A stretch of DNA of 64,000 nucleotides, from contig NC_043001.1 of the NCBI RefSeq assembly GCF_006345805.1, positions 45,570,001 through 45,634,000 of the forward strand, in the 5' to 3' direction. The number at the start of each line of letters is the position of its first letter. Position 1 is the first letter of the stretch. Shown one piece after another: positions 39,194 through 52,882 of the stretch. Position numbers and translations under genes: made by a program. The notes under the pieces were generated by a model. The model ran no database searches. It saw only the letters and a program-made list of their open reading frames with translations, and was not told the DNA's origin. This stretch comes from Octopus sinensis (lineage: Eukaryota).

Positions 39194-39242
<49 letters not shown>

Positions 39243-40267
39243 TAATTCTATGTCTATAATCATTCACATATACAGATATATAAGATACATTTTCTAGTTG
39301 TCATATTCTGTAATTGTCTTGGATTACACTATCAAATCCATTGCAATTTAACGACTAGGCTTTCTATCGACCAAGGCTGCAGTAACATAGTAACTTGTAT
39401 TAAGTTATGATGGGACGTGCTTGGCATTTGGTTTTATACAGAAGCGAGTGACAAGTTTTACATTACAGTTTAGATCAGGATTTGGGGCAGGGGTGTTTTC
39501 TGCTTGTTTGTTTCTTAGTTGTTTTTTTTTTATATTATTTTGTTAATAACTTCAGCTTATGTCTGCAATAAGCTTTCATTTTTATTGAGATTATATTTTG
39601 GTGTCATGATGATGGAATTGGTTGAAAACCCAACACTGCCACAATGTCACTGTGTGTTTATAATGAATAAGGTCCAGACATTGCTCTGTAAGGAAATGAA
39701 ATTTGCTGTTATGAAAGATTGAGCTATACCTACTTCACAGTTGCATATTGTAGAGGTGAAATAACCGAACCAATACATTATTGGAGTAGTGATGGCTCAT
39801 GATATAATTCACATGTTCAAATCTACCACTTCATTTTTATCTCTGATGAACGTGACATTATTTAACTAAATCACTTCAGTTCATTTTTACTAACAAGCTG
39901 TCAATGGTGTACTAGAACTTCTAATAAAGTTTCCTGCAATGGACTGTTATCCTATCCAAGCAGAGATTATTATTTCCTCCATTTCACATTATACAAATGA
40001 AAGATTGTTTTTTGAATATGGTCATGGTCACTGTAGAACTCCAACAGCAGGATATATATTGACTCTTTGGTCAGAGGTCCAGCAACTTATTGATTCAGCC
40101 CATAGTGACTTTCCATGTAAGCTTAATTTCTTTGGAATTTTGCCCATAAAGTTGCAATTCAAAGTTATGGTATAGTCGTTGTGTTTAGAAATCAAAGCTT
40201 ACCTAAAATTTGTACAACCACTGGCAATTTTTTTTTTACAAAGTAAATTTAAGGTTTGTTAATAAAT

Positions 40268-40800
40268 AGGGTATTGGGTTCATTATTGTGAGGGAGTTCA
40301 TGAATCAAAAAGACTCCCTCATAATAATGACCCCAATACCCTCACCACAAGGCTACATATATTCATTTCTCTTTACATTTGTTTTTCCATACTAACATGG
40401 GTAAGATGAATTCATATTATTGAGGCATTATATATGCATCATGTACATTCAGTTTCCATTCGTGTTTTTACCTCTGCTTCCACATCCACTGAGATTTACT
40501 GTTACCACTTGGGCACTTGTGTGTCCAACGAATATACAGGAGACCCCATTGTGTATATTCATTCAAGGATGGGGTTTCTGTTTCTCATCCAGGGATGAAC
40601 TCTCTTTCATTCAAGAAGGTGATTCATACAGCAAAAAGTTCTTCCTCCATCCAAAGTGTTCTGCTTCTTATTTACAGATGGGCTCTGCCTCTCATTGAAG
40701 AATGGATTCTCATCTCATCCAAGAATTTACTCTACCTTGATCCCAAGAAGAGGCTTTGCTTGAAACCCAAGACATTTACTTCTTTATAGTAAACTTTCAA
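40268..40800 (+). mobile_element. Unclassified retroelement fragment with a 5' fold-back; partial second copy at 42810-43035
   Basis: ~30-bp inverted repeat at its start. About 220 bp is shared with 42810-43035. Confidence 0.5.
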
Positions 40801-43800
40801 CCATAATTCAATTTTCCATTTGTCCCTCTCTGATGACCAACACTAATGAAGGAACTTCTCAAACCAACAAAGAAACTTCTACATAATTGCTTAACCTGCC
40901 AAAAATAACAGACTTCCCTCAAACTAGTTTAGGTCAATTCAAAAGAATGTGATTATCAGCTGTTAATGATTATACATTTGCCTTATTTAGTTAGTGTGGA
41001 GAATGGAGCAGTCCACATAAACATTGTAGGACTCCAAAAACTGGAGGTGTAAATGGGGTTAATGTGCACTTTAAATTCTTGCAGAAATGAAATAGCCAAG
41101 TGGATAAGATTTTAGCTCATCTGTTCAGAAACTGTGAGTTCAGATCCATTGCTGGCAGTTGATCTTTTTTTTTTAAACAGAACACTTTATTCCATATTTC
41201 TTCAATTCACTTAGCTTTTAGGAATAGGTACTCCCTGATCATCTATGAATCACCCCTTCTTTGGCTAGCATTCTATCCAAGGAAAGGTTTCTTTACCATT
41301 TCCTTTGTTTTTTGAAATTAGCTACACAATAGCTCTTAAAATCTCTTTCTGATTTAGTGGGTTCATTTCATTTTCATATTAGGTTTGGGAATATTAACTG
41401 AGCAAATTTGTTTCTCATTTATTTCAGACTATAAAACCAGAGTCAAGTACCAGCGGCTAAGAAAATATTTACATTTTATCAGACAGCTGATCTATATGTG
41501 GGTATATTATCTGGAGGTTGTATATTTATAATTGGTGTGGCATACTTCTGTATAGGTTAGATTTGAACCCTCTGTATTGAGCCAAATAGTTATTCAGAAA
41601 CTGAAATATCATCTGGTTCTGAAAAGTAAATGCAGCATTTATGCAATGCAGTTACATCTACAGAAAGGTGGTATATCAATAAACAATATAAACACCATAA
41701 AACTCCAATAATAGATAATCTCAGATCATAAAGATTACACTTTTAACACCATTTATAACATAAATGGTGTCTAGTATTAATTAAGGATGTAAATTATATG
41801 TAGAGTACTGATTCACTGAAAATTGATTCATCTAGGTGTGTTCAAATTCATCTACAGTCATGAAGAGCACCATGAAAAACCACAGCAAAAATCAGTACAT
41901 GAATAGCAAGCATCCATCATTGTCTACAGAACAATATTTTTCTTACACTTTGTGATAACATTAAGTCATAAAACTCTCAAATGTCATTAAGTTTAACTCA
42001 CTTCAAAGATTAGTCTATCTTGTTGATTACTTAAGCCTTTGATTAACCTAACATTTGGTGAGTTTTATTTGGCTGAATAAATGCTCCAATTAAATGGATT
42101 AAGATTTGCCTTGAGAGATTCATGTGCATTTAGTTACCACATGAATTGCTCCTATGTTTTTTTAATGGATTTAATTTAATGCCTTTCTAAGTAGAACACT
42201 TTGGAGGTATTTCCCTAACTTGGTATGACAGGTTTTTTTTTTATACAAATATTTTCACTTCATATTCCATATATATTCCAGTCACTCTATTTTCAACCCC
42301 TCAAGGTTGACTACTATTTATAGTAAAGTTTGATGGAAATGGCTCATTCTCCATGGGCTAAAACACTGAGATATCCTGGAAGCTTACTATTTGATAAATA
42401 TAGTTTTATGTGGTTTTATCTGAAATTCATTCTTTCTGTTCATTTACTTTACAGAGACTGCAAACAAATAAAAGAATTGTTTTACAACATGTATTGAATA
42501 CATTTTCTTTTGTTCATTACTCCTAATGTAAACATATATATATATATTAACATAACCTAGTAGCGTGTATCATCATCATTTAACGTCCATTTCCCATGCT
42601 GGCCTCTTTCATTAATTGTTTTAGGTGCCTACGTATTTGCACACTGACATAGATGCCCTCTCTCACGCTGCTATTCTTAAACCTAACAAAACATCATGGT
42701 TGTGACAGGTGAGAGCGCTGCACTAGCACAATGTTCACTGTCACCTGAGTAGACTGAAGCAACATGAAATACTATACCTTGCTCAAGCACACAATGTTCT
42801 ACCTTGTCCATAAATCAAAAAGACTCCCTCACAGTAATGAACCCAATACCCTCACCACAAGGCTACATATATTCATTCCTTTACATCTGTTTTTCCATAC
42901 TAACATGGGTTAGACGAATTCATATTATTGAGGTATTATATATGTATCATGCACATTCAGTTTCCATTCCTGATTTTACTTCTGCTTCTGCATCAACTAA
43001 GATTTACTGTTACCCACCTGGATACTTGTGTGAAACCATGATATGAATATAACTGCACATGCAAATTTCATTCCTTTTATTTTTCACACCTACACATGTG
43101 CATGCATGCACATATGCACACATATACACAAGTGGTTTGTCACCCCTGAAAACATTAAGACTTGCAGGTGAAATGACATTCAAGAGATGTAATGTGGAGA
43201 GGTGATACATTACTGCTTCGTCCAACCCACACGAGAATTTGAAAATAGACATTAGAGAAAGGTTTACAAGTAATCAAATGAGGACTTAAGTGAGGTTTTT
43301 TGTCATTACATTTCTTCTATCACCTGCACACTACTTTTATAACTACTACTGCTACTACTCTGTACAATAAGGTTTTCTTTACATGAAGTTTTTTTAAATC
43401 TCTTTCATGGTAATTACAAGCTGGATTAGAGGTATAAGTTGCTTCCTTGAGTGACAGTAACCTTTCCCATTTTTTTATGCTATTTTTTTATTTCTTTACT
43501 TTGTACACCACCACCACCATACTCTGCCCTCTCTCTATTTCTTCCCCTCTGTCTCTCACCCTCCATATATATGGTTCTGTTTATTTATCTATTGATCTTT
43601 AACTGTGACTGGTTGTATTTTACTCTCTCTTTCTACTTGTGTACATAAATGTAGAGTGGGCTGTTTGTTTGTTGATATGTTCAACAAAAAAAGTACTCAA
43701 TCCCAAAAGAGATAAATATCATTTAATGAATACAAGTGTTATGCTTAAGCTACCTCAAGTTTCATGCTCAGATAGTGCAGTAATCAGACAGGCTTATACA

Positions 43801-44049
43801 GTGTGCTGTGCATGATCTGGAAAATTTTTCAGATTCAAATGTCATGGCTACTCCAGGCTCAAGTGGCATGGCTACTCTGTATGGAAAAGTGAGAAAAATC
43901 AAGAAAAATATTACAAAAAGAAAATGTTAAGAAACATTTTCAGGGAAAAGGGGAGTAACATTTAACCTATTAAATGAAGAATATTGTTACTGTTGAGTAT
44001 TTACATCTAAAAAAATTATGCTTAATGGAGATGGTCAAATGAGGGAAGT

Positions 44050-44550
44050 GCTAAAGTGCATTAAACTGTGTATCTAAGCCAGCAAGTTGGGATATCTTCC
44101 AGTTTGATAGAAACTTGTCAAAATGCATGCATCTTCGAAAAATTTCTAATCTTGAATTTAGAAGGTTGATGCAGTTCTTTGATCTAATAAGGATGTGTGT
44201 TCTTTCAGCTGTACAGAACCTGCACTTTTTTTGCCCCATTGATGATTTTTCTAGATCTGCCTATGATGCTTCATTTTTAGAAGACGCATGGTGTGTGATA
44301 TACAGCTGTCTATCAGGTTCCAGATATGGCTTGCTAACTTTGTGCTTTTTTGAAGTACTTTCACACAGTTCAAAATACTTTTTGGTTCCATTATTTAACA
44401 GAATGGATATGATCTCAGTCTCCTAAATGGCTGAGTTAACCATATATGCCTGGTCTAGTGGGAAAGTATCTGGGTGCCTGAAGCTGCAGTTTGGAGCAGG
44501 TATCTTGTTTACATGATTTCTACTCCGTGTGGTGAGGTATTAAAATATGA
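44050..44550 (-). mobile_element. Decayed LINE ORF2 fragment (pre-RT region)
   Basis: LEIFRRCMHFDKFLSNWKISQL resembles the LFN.CL..G.FP..WK.A motif. Multiple stops. Confidence 0.3.
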
Positions 44551-47499
44551 AGTAGGGGAATCTGAATGAACTAGTTTATATAGGGTGGGTGGGGTGGGGT
44601 GGGAGAAGCAAGTGGTGAACGTAACAGAGAGAGAAAGACCAGTGAACAGATCACAGTCTCAAAGCGACGAAAATATTTTGGCAAATTAAATTTAAATGTT
44701 GAAGTGAATCTAACGGTTTTTGTGTGTTTTTTAAATGGCTTATAAACACCTTCCATGCTGCAATTGTTAGTCGAACTTTTTTTTTTTTTTTTGGCATAAA
44801 GTTGATTCTTCATTTTCTAGCCTCTTGTAGTTTCACTCAGCACATTTTTGCTTTTTTGAAGTGAACATCTAATATATTTAGAAACCTATCCCTCTACCTT
44901 ATTACTAAATATGTATGCCTTTAGATAGTTGACTCCATGTTGAGCACTTTGAGGTAGTTTCCCCTTGTAAAGCAGTTTCATCCAGTTAGATATAAATGTG
45001 TGTTTTTACACATTTATCCATTCCAGGCACTTTTATATGTTTATGTATATGCAATCTTTATATATATATGTTTATGTATGTGCAATCTTTATATATATAT
45101 ATGTATGCCCATCCATCTCTATACTAACATGCACACATACACACACCTCTGTCTATCTGAACCTAATCTTTCCTTCCCACTTTTCTCTCCTGGTCTCTTT
45201 CACCAATTTCTTGCTGCAGAAGAAAGTGTCAAGTTTGGATAGTGGAGAGAGAGAACATTTTCTGTGAAACGATATCACAAAGTTCAAATAAAATGAAAGG
45301 AAACAACAACATCAAAATAGTAACACCCCATTGAAACCACCGTCACCACAAAATATGACACCAATGGACAAAAAGAAAGAAAAATGAGCAATTAACTGCT
45401 TAGGCAGAGTAATATTTTCTTTCATGTTAGGCTAATTATGCCAGATTATGTTTGAGGAAGTACTGGTATTTCACTTCAAAAATAAACCACCACAAACATT
45501 GGTCATGTTTTTGACAAATGCAGTTTAGCAGCTGCAGTGGTGGTAGCACTGCCATCATTTATTAAAGACAGTATCTCTATTATTACCATTGCTGTTACAA
45601 CCATTGCAGCCACTATTATCATCATCATCCCTGTCACTATCATCACTATGCTTACCAACACCATCAACAACAACAACATAACCATTAATGAGCCAACAAC
45701 AGAGCTTATTTATGCATGACACTTGATTCACTAGTAAAGGAAAAATCTTCCTTAAATTACATCCTACCATCATTAAAAAAAAAAGAGATAGAATGGATTA
45801 ATGGAAGGCCTAAATAGACAATGTCCTAGAGAAAGGTAAAAGTTTTCATGACTGAAATGTCTTTAATCATAGGTCCCATCAGTCAGAGTTGAGCTTCTCA
45901 TAAATAACAACATGACCATCACCATTTTTATTAGTATTATATTCATTCATCATCATCATCAAGTGATGTTATTTTTGTCATCATCACCAATGAGACATAT
46001 TTATGGTCACTCAATCCTGGTAGAAATAGCAACCAAATTTCCCTCAAATCCTTAAACAATATATCTTTAAAAAGGAAGGACACACTGGATATAGTCTATA
46101 ATATCATTCTAAATATACTTTCAGGGTAAAAAATAAAAATGTCTCCAGTCATAGATTTGCTTGATCAAGGATAACATGGGACTAAATAATGTCATCATCA
46201 AAAAAATCATAATAATAATACTTTTTCATTTTATTTTATTTTTCTCTCCATGTTGAAATGAGAGGCTGGATTTGCAACATAGCATATCTCCAAATTTATT
46301 CCATCCTTTCTGTAGTGCCCAGTGTTCTTTGATCTGATATGGCAATAAATAAATAGCATTTATGCTAATGGGAATTGCCATACAAGAAAAGAATAATAAT
46401 TGCTCTTCATTGGCCTCACAGTTGACATCCTCATCATCATCCTTACTTTTACCACCAGTTAATTCTGGTCATGTTTCTTCCTCATTTGATGCCAGATGGA
46501 TGGAGTAGGTTTTTACAAAACAAATAGCAGGCCATTAGTTTGAGAATGCCTGCAAAATTCATGAGCACTGGCTCTTTCTCTTGACTTAAAACAGTTACAT
46601 GTGCAGATACTGATATCTTGTATTGACACAGCAACGATGTTTGCAGTAGATAGCAAGTTATACAATCAATTTAATCATACCCATTAATAATACTGGTATA
46701 TACAATTATTGACCCTTGGGAATAAGTTAATATGGTTACATTGAGATATAAGAACATGGTTTATGCATTTATTATAAACTAATATCCATTCAAAGTATGA
46801 AAATATTGGTTTCACTAGTGGAGATAAGATGGCTGAGTGGAAAAGGTCATGAATTCAAATCTGCTGTAGAAATTTAATGACCTGAACACTGTATTCTTCA
46901 GGCATAGGCATAGCTGTGTGGTTAGGAGCCCACTTAGCAACCATGTGGTTTTGGGTTCAATTCAGTATGCAGTGCCTTGAATAAGTGTTTTCTACTATAG
47001 CCCTAGGACAACCAGTGCCTTGTGAGTGAATTTTATAGACAGACACTATCTGAAAGCCTGTTATGTTTGTATGTGTGTCCCCTAACCACCCACCACATGT
47101 TTAGCATTCCTGAGCATATTTTTTTGTTGTTTGATTTAGAGGAAATTTTTTGATATTAATCTACCTGAGACCACCGCTGGTCCTCTAATACAAAATGACC
47201 TGAATGAAAAATCTTCCATAAAAATTTCTTGTTAATTTATGTTCTAATGACAATTATTTGACTAAATTCTTCATTATTTTCAAAATTGATTGAAACAAGG
47301 TCAGGTCTTGATATTTAACCATCTAGAAATTTGACCAAACTACCGGAGGAAGTGTTGGTGTTTCTGGGGCTATTGTGATAATAGAGATTATATTAATATT
47401 ATTTTACCATCTAATTTCTTTGTATATGTCATAAGGCTCTACTGGTGTGGAAAATGAAATAAGTAAACTTAGTTGTATATCTTAATTTTGTGTCTTTGA

Positions 47500-47705
47500 T
47501 TTCTTGTTAAGTTACAGGTCAGCTCCTATTTGAGTATGATGAAAAGCATTTAAAACATGATCAGCATATCTGTTTTATGGCAATGTACATCCAGGATTAC
47601 ATTATCTTGTAAGTCCTTTTTTGTTTCATGACAATAAGATATTAGTTGAAAGATTTGGTTACTGGTTACTATTTCTAGCAGGTTTTGTGACCATGTAGAA
47701 GCTTG
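47500..47705 (+). repeat. Old dispersed repeat carrying gctatttctagcagg (also ~3780, 19500, 19750, 46000, 50700, 52460)
   Basis: Recurring motif set on both strands. Confidence 0.55.
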
Positions 47706-48559
47706 TTTGTAAGCTTTCAATTTTGCAGTTATTAAGCTGTCTACATATATTTTGTGTTTTGTATTTATATGAATCGGATGAGAGAGAGAGAGAGAGGATA
47801 TTTTCTAAATAGTACTGTTGCATTATTATTGATGTGTTTCAATCTTTGTGGCTGGTTAGATTTGTAGTTACAGACATTATGTGGTTTAGAATTGTATAGC
47901 AGTAAAGCAGAGGCAATTCCTTAAGCCAATGTATGCAATATTAAAAATCAAAGCATATTATTGAAGTAAGATACATATAATGTGTATTTACCCTCTTTCC
48001 TGCTATCTCTCATAAAAATAAAAGATTTGTAATAAAATGTGATTTGTTATTTGCATTCATTTATATGTCTTAGGCATAGACTGTATATATTTCAGTCATG
48101 CTGGAAATACCAATGTTATGAGGGTTGCCAACATGATAATCTTAGCATATTTTGTTGGTTTACAAACCCATCTGTTTCAGTATGTATCTAGAGATTATAT
48201 ATATAAATAAGAATGAGTGTAAGCAAATTTGGGTTTATTAAAGCATTGTAGAGCCAAGATGGTTCCTTAAGTTGGTGTTTTAACTCCATGCAGGCCATCA
48301 CTTACTGATACGCTATAAGTACTTACATACTACAACCCCTATCTTGTCTACCACCAGTACTATCTTCTGAAATAACAAACTTCATACCACCTGTATAAAA
48401 ACCTAGTTCTCACATACATCTAATTTCATGTTACTTTACAACATTACTGCCACAGAAATTGGCTCAGTCTTCACATTTTTATTTTGAACATGTCTATTCT
48501 GGACATCAATTTCAACCAATTATATCCATGACAATGTGTGTATGGAGTGGAGAATGTGT

Positions 48560-48790
48560 GCTCATTGATCAATCATATTTTCTCCTTTCATCACCTCTGC
48601 TATATCTGAACCCCAAAACTCTGCATTAAGCACTTCACTTCATCCTTCTTTCCTAGAACTGCAAACCTCGGAAAATTTTCCTTGTTCACATTTTCCCTAA
48701 CAGACATCAACTTGCATGACTTAACATCACACTCAACTATATCAACCTCTGCAAGGGCTATGGACTTTGGACTTCCTCCTTGAAGTAAAA
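48560..48790 (+). mobile_element. Decayed CR1/Jockey-like LINE 3' end
   Basis: HFTSSFFPRTANL resembles the SFFPRT..LWN motif. Confidence 0.35.
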
Positions 48791-48963
48791 TATAACAAAA
48801 ATATTCAAATCAAATCTCCCATTCAGTAGAAGGCTGGTGTTTTAGGTTAATTATTCTGATGAGCATGGTACCTACAGTATTTTTTAGATAGATAAACTAA
48901 CCCAAATGATTTTAAGTACCTTGCCCCAAGAACTTGTAATGGATTTTCATACTTGCAAATTAT

Positions 48964-48994
<31 letters not shown>

Positions 48995-51539
48995 AATCAC
49001 ACGCACGCATGCACACACACACAGTGTCATGTTGCCTAGCAATGGAAATACATGTGCAGAACTTCGAAAGTGAAATAAGTTAAATGGCTGAAATAAAATT
49101 TACACCTTATGAAAAATACTTTTAAAATGGACATAGGAGGTACTAATGGACAGTCATGTGATATGAGCATGAGATGCAATTGATTGAAATTGATGTCCAG
49201 AATAGACATATGTTAAAAATGAAAGTGTGATAATTGAGCCAATTTCTGTGGCAGTAATGTTGTAAAGTAGCATGAAATTGGATTTAATAAAGATTTTTCG
49301 GTTCCTATGCTTTCAGAATTGTTGCCCTTGTCTTATACATAGGTGGAACTATAAGAATGTTGGACTTGAATGCCTTGTAGTTGTTATTCCAGTTCTTTGC
49401 ATTCCAAGTCCAAATCTTTCCATAGTGTACTTGGGTGGTAGACTTAGTCAGTAGCCCTGTTTAATATCACCACCACTTGGAATATTGCAAACTTTTAGTG
49501 GCGTACACTTTGGTGCAAGTACTCAAACCAGATTTCTATTTTGAGGATATTGTTTTCCTAAAAGATCACTGGTATTGCCTTCTTCCTGACAAAAAAAAAA
49601 GAAAAATATATAAACATTCAATTTTAGATATTTATTCTTAGTTATTTAATGGTTAACCATGTGCATATGCTAGAATTGCTCTTATGAATTGTATGGGAAG
49701 AAATTTATAATGTATTCTTTGTTCCTAATATTCTAACATATATGATATCATAAAGTTGAACTTTAAAATATCATCTTGTACTAACTCTCATTACTTTCTA
49801 CTTCTCTACAATATTGAACTGAGGACATTATTGAACTTAAAATATCTTAAATTCTATGTTTAAATGTTAATATATGTATAGAACTAAGTATTAATATTGT
49901 TAGTGAAATTGTAAAAAAAAAAAAAACAGGAATTAATCTTTTTTATGTTTTACTACCGTGTTAACTGGCCACTATTTCTAGCACACTGTGTTTTTCTATC
50001 CAGCCTTCTTGTTGAAAATAATACTGGATATCACAAAGATAATTTCCTTACCACTATATTGAGCTAAAATAATTCCACTAAAAACTCAATGTCATCTGCA
50101 GTTTGATATGAAACTATATGAACTCTGATGTGACAGAACCATGATGGTGTGGAAGTTTTCCATTCATTACATTCATGACAAGCTACTTCAAAGCAACTGA
50201 GCTTTAAAACAGCTACAATAGGCCACATAAATGACTCTAGAGACTTTATATATAGCCTCACTACAACTAGAAGTTTCCTGAAGAGAGATCAAAACCTAGA
50301 AAATATTTACAAAACAGGTAAACTAAGAAAAAGATGGAGAGAATTAACAGACCATAAGCGTGTTTGGAATTTGGAACAAGTAAATCCAAAGAAACAAGTT
50401 TTAGCAGTGTAACAGTATTAATAAAACAAAGATTAACTCAGATTTAGCATCTAATTCTTTTAAGTTCTTCATCTCTTAAATCATGTTATATCTATGTAGA
50501 CATATAACTGTCTCTCTGCTACATCCTATTTAACAACACATTGGCTATCCTGAAAATCAAGACAGATTTGGTATTTCTGAATTATTTAATAGCTAAAGAA
50601 TTCTATTTTCTGACTTTGAATTATTTAATATCTAAATGTACAGTCTTGTGTCCTTACTTCTTAATGAGCTAACAAAAATGCTTTCAGTAATGCAAGCCAA
50701 CAGGGATATTCGAGCTGATGAGAGAGCTTTTAAGTAGCTGCTCAACCTGCTAGAAATAGCAGTCAAATTTCCCTTAGATTACACTTTATCATAAATATAG
50801 ACAGATACATGTAGTCCCTGATATATAGATATGAAAATAAAGAGTTCCTTAAGCCAGGGTATAAAAGCTGCAGTGATGACAGTGATGATGATAATGACTG
50901 TTGCAATGATGATGATGATAGTTGCAGTGGTGAAAGTGGTGGTAAGAAATCTCAGCTCTTTGATTAAAATAAAAACAAGTTGGTCACCTAATATTTTAAA
51001 GTTTTTGACAGATTTATCTTTAAATAACATTAAATTATCAATAAAACCATGTTTAGAAAATGTTTCACTGTTTTGGGGAGATAAATTTTTTCACTGGCTT
51101 ATATCTGTAACCCAAGAAAACAATGATTATTTTGTAAATGCAGATTCTAGAAGAAAATATCCTTTAGTCTCCATCCATTATTTCCAACCAAAGAGTCATA
51201 CCATCGTCACCAAAGTAACTACTGAGATATCTTTAATTAAAATTTCTGGAACCACCCCTGTATTCTACAGTATTCTCTATAAACTTATTACAGTGTTTAT
51301 TATTATTTGGGCGTTTTATTCTATTGGTATCGTGTTTTGATGTCCTTTTTTTCTGGTATGTCTCTTTGTAATTGGTTGATTCAGACATGTGACACCTCTC
51401 ATTCACAACTTTTTTATATTGCTGCCAAGAATGTAACACAAGCAAATCTAAACTCTATTTTAGGGCAATGCAACATTGCTAATAATAATGATGATGATAA
51501 TACTAACCATGATGATGAGATTTGAAATTGTTTGTAAAG

Positions 51540-52420
51540 TCTGAAACACCACTAGAGTTGCTATAGTACACAATCCGCAAATGTAGGAAGATATAGGTAT
51601 GGAATTTGATATCTTAAAATGTACAGCATTCAATACAAAATCACAAAATCAGGAAAAAGATCTTATGTTACTGCTACAAAGTTATCATCCAGGGAACAAT
51701 TAGGAGACTCAAATGATGATGGTTACTGGCTATAAGAATCTAAGAATCCTGATAACTGATGCAGTTCAGTGAAAGAAAATGTATAAAAATTTTATTTACA
51801 CCAGTTAAAACTTTACACAAGGAATACAATTTTTGCTTTAACCCTTTTGTTACCATATTTCTGTTGAGATACTCTGTGTTTCTTTCAATTAATTTTAAAT
51901 ATAACAAGGAATTTAATAAAATAACTTAGTTATTAAGCTAGTGTTAGGAACATAAATTGTGACTAAGGTTTGGTGGAAGATTTTAATTCAGAACTTTTGA
52001 AAACAAGACATTTGTACTACAGAGCTAGAGGCGGTTTCAGCTGGGTTGGTATCAAAAGGATTAAATGCTGGGCCACACTTTAATACAATTCTTGTATTTC
52101 CTGATGGTTTAACACTAAAGTTGATGAAATGGACCACAAAACGAAGAAAATTATAACCATGCACAAGGCACTACATCCAAAAGCAAGCATAAATAGGATT
52201 TGCATAACGTATAGATGAAGGAAGAGGTCTGGTAAATGTGATACAATGTCTTAACAATGAGAGGCTGGTCATCAATCTGGTAAGATTGAAAGTAAGGAAG
52301 ATTTTAAGAGAAGCATTTGGAAAGTCAATGAGTGACAGTCATCAGAGTTAAATACTGAAATATATTGGGATTTGCTTTTCCACAGTAATCTAAAGAGGGA
52401 GGCTGAAGCACAGCTTACTA
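51540..52420 (+). mobile_element. R4/Dong-like (REL-type) LINE RT fragment, interrupted by a MITE
   Basis: EDIGMEFDILKC, a YK(N)L(R)I remnant, then EMDHKTKKIITMHKALHPKASINR..GRGL, typical of R4/Dong RT domains. Confidence 0.6.
51842..52060. mobile_element. TTAA-flanked (piggyBac-type) MITE
   Basis: TTAA|cccttttgttacc ... ggtatcaaaagga|TTAA. Confidence 0.8.
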
Positions 52421-52786
52421 TATAGTAATAGTATTGTTTAAGATGTTATTTCTTTAGCATCAAATAATACCTGAGCTAGCAGACTGATGATCAGAAGCTT
52501 TCCAGCCAAGACCATTCTGTCTTTTTTTTTCTTTTGTAGGTGTCTTGAACTATATCCTTTATGTCCTTTACACTCTCAAGACTGTAGAGTGATTTGAGGT
52601 AAATTTGCCTACCATTGCTTTACACATCAAGTGGCCATATAGAGGTTTGCTTATTGGCTCAATGTTTCAGATGTTGTTTGGGGAAATGATTGAAGTGTTG
52701 GTGAGATGGCTTATATTATTGCTTAGTTTGTTTGTTTGTTTTTTATAGCTTTGAGCCCTAACAATCAAATGATTCTCTACTTTCAG

Positions 52787-52882
52787 ATAAATTCTCCAAA
52801 ATTATTGAGGAGCTGAAGCTATGTCAGATATCAGGCAAAGAGCAAGCTCTGGATGACTTACTTAACCACCTCACAGATTCCG
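52787..52882 (+). CDS. Internal coding exon (96 nt, phase 1-1) of an unidentified host gene
   Basis: Acceptor tctctactttcag, donor ccg|gtaagt. The open frame (D)KFSKIIEELKLCQISGKEQALDDLLNHLTDS has helical, protein-like composition. Confidence 0.55.

Noticed and set aside
50831-51340. Longest ORF in the track (169 aa)
   Set aside because: It starts in an (ATG/GAT)n microsatellite, has AT-biased random composition and shows no recognisable domain.
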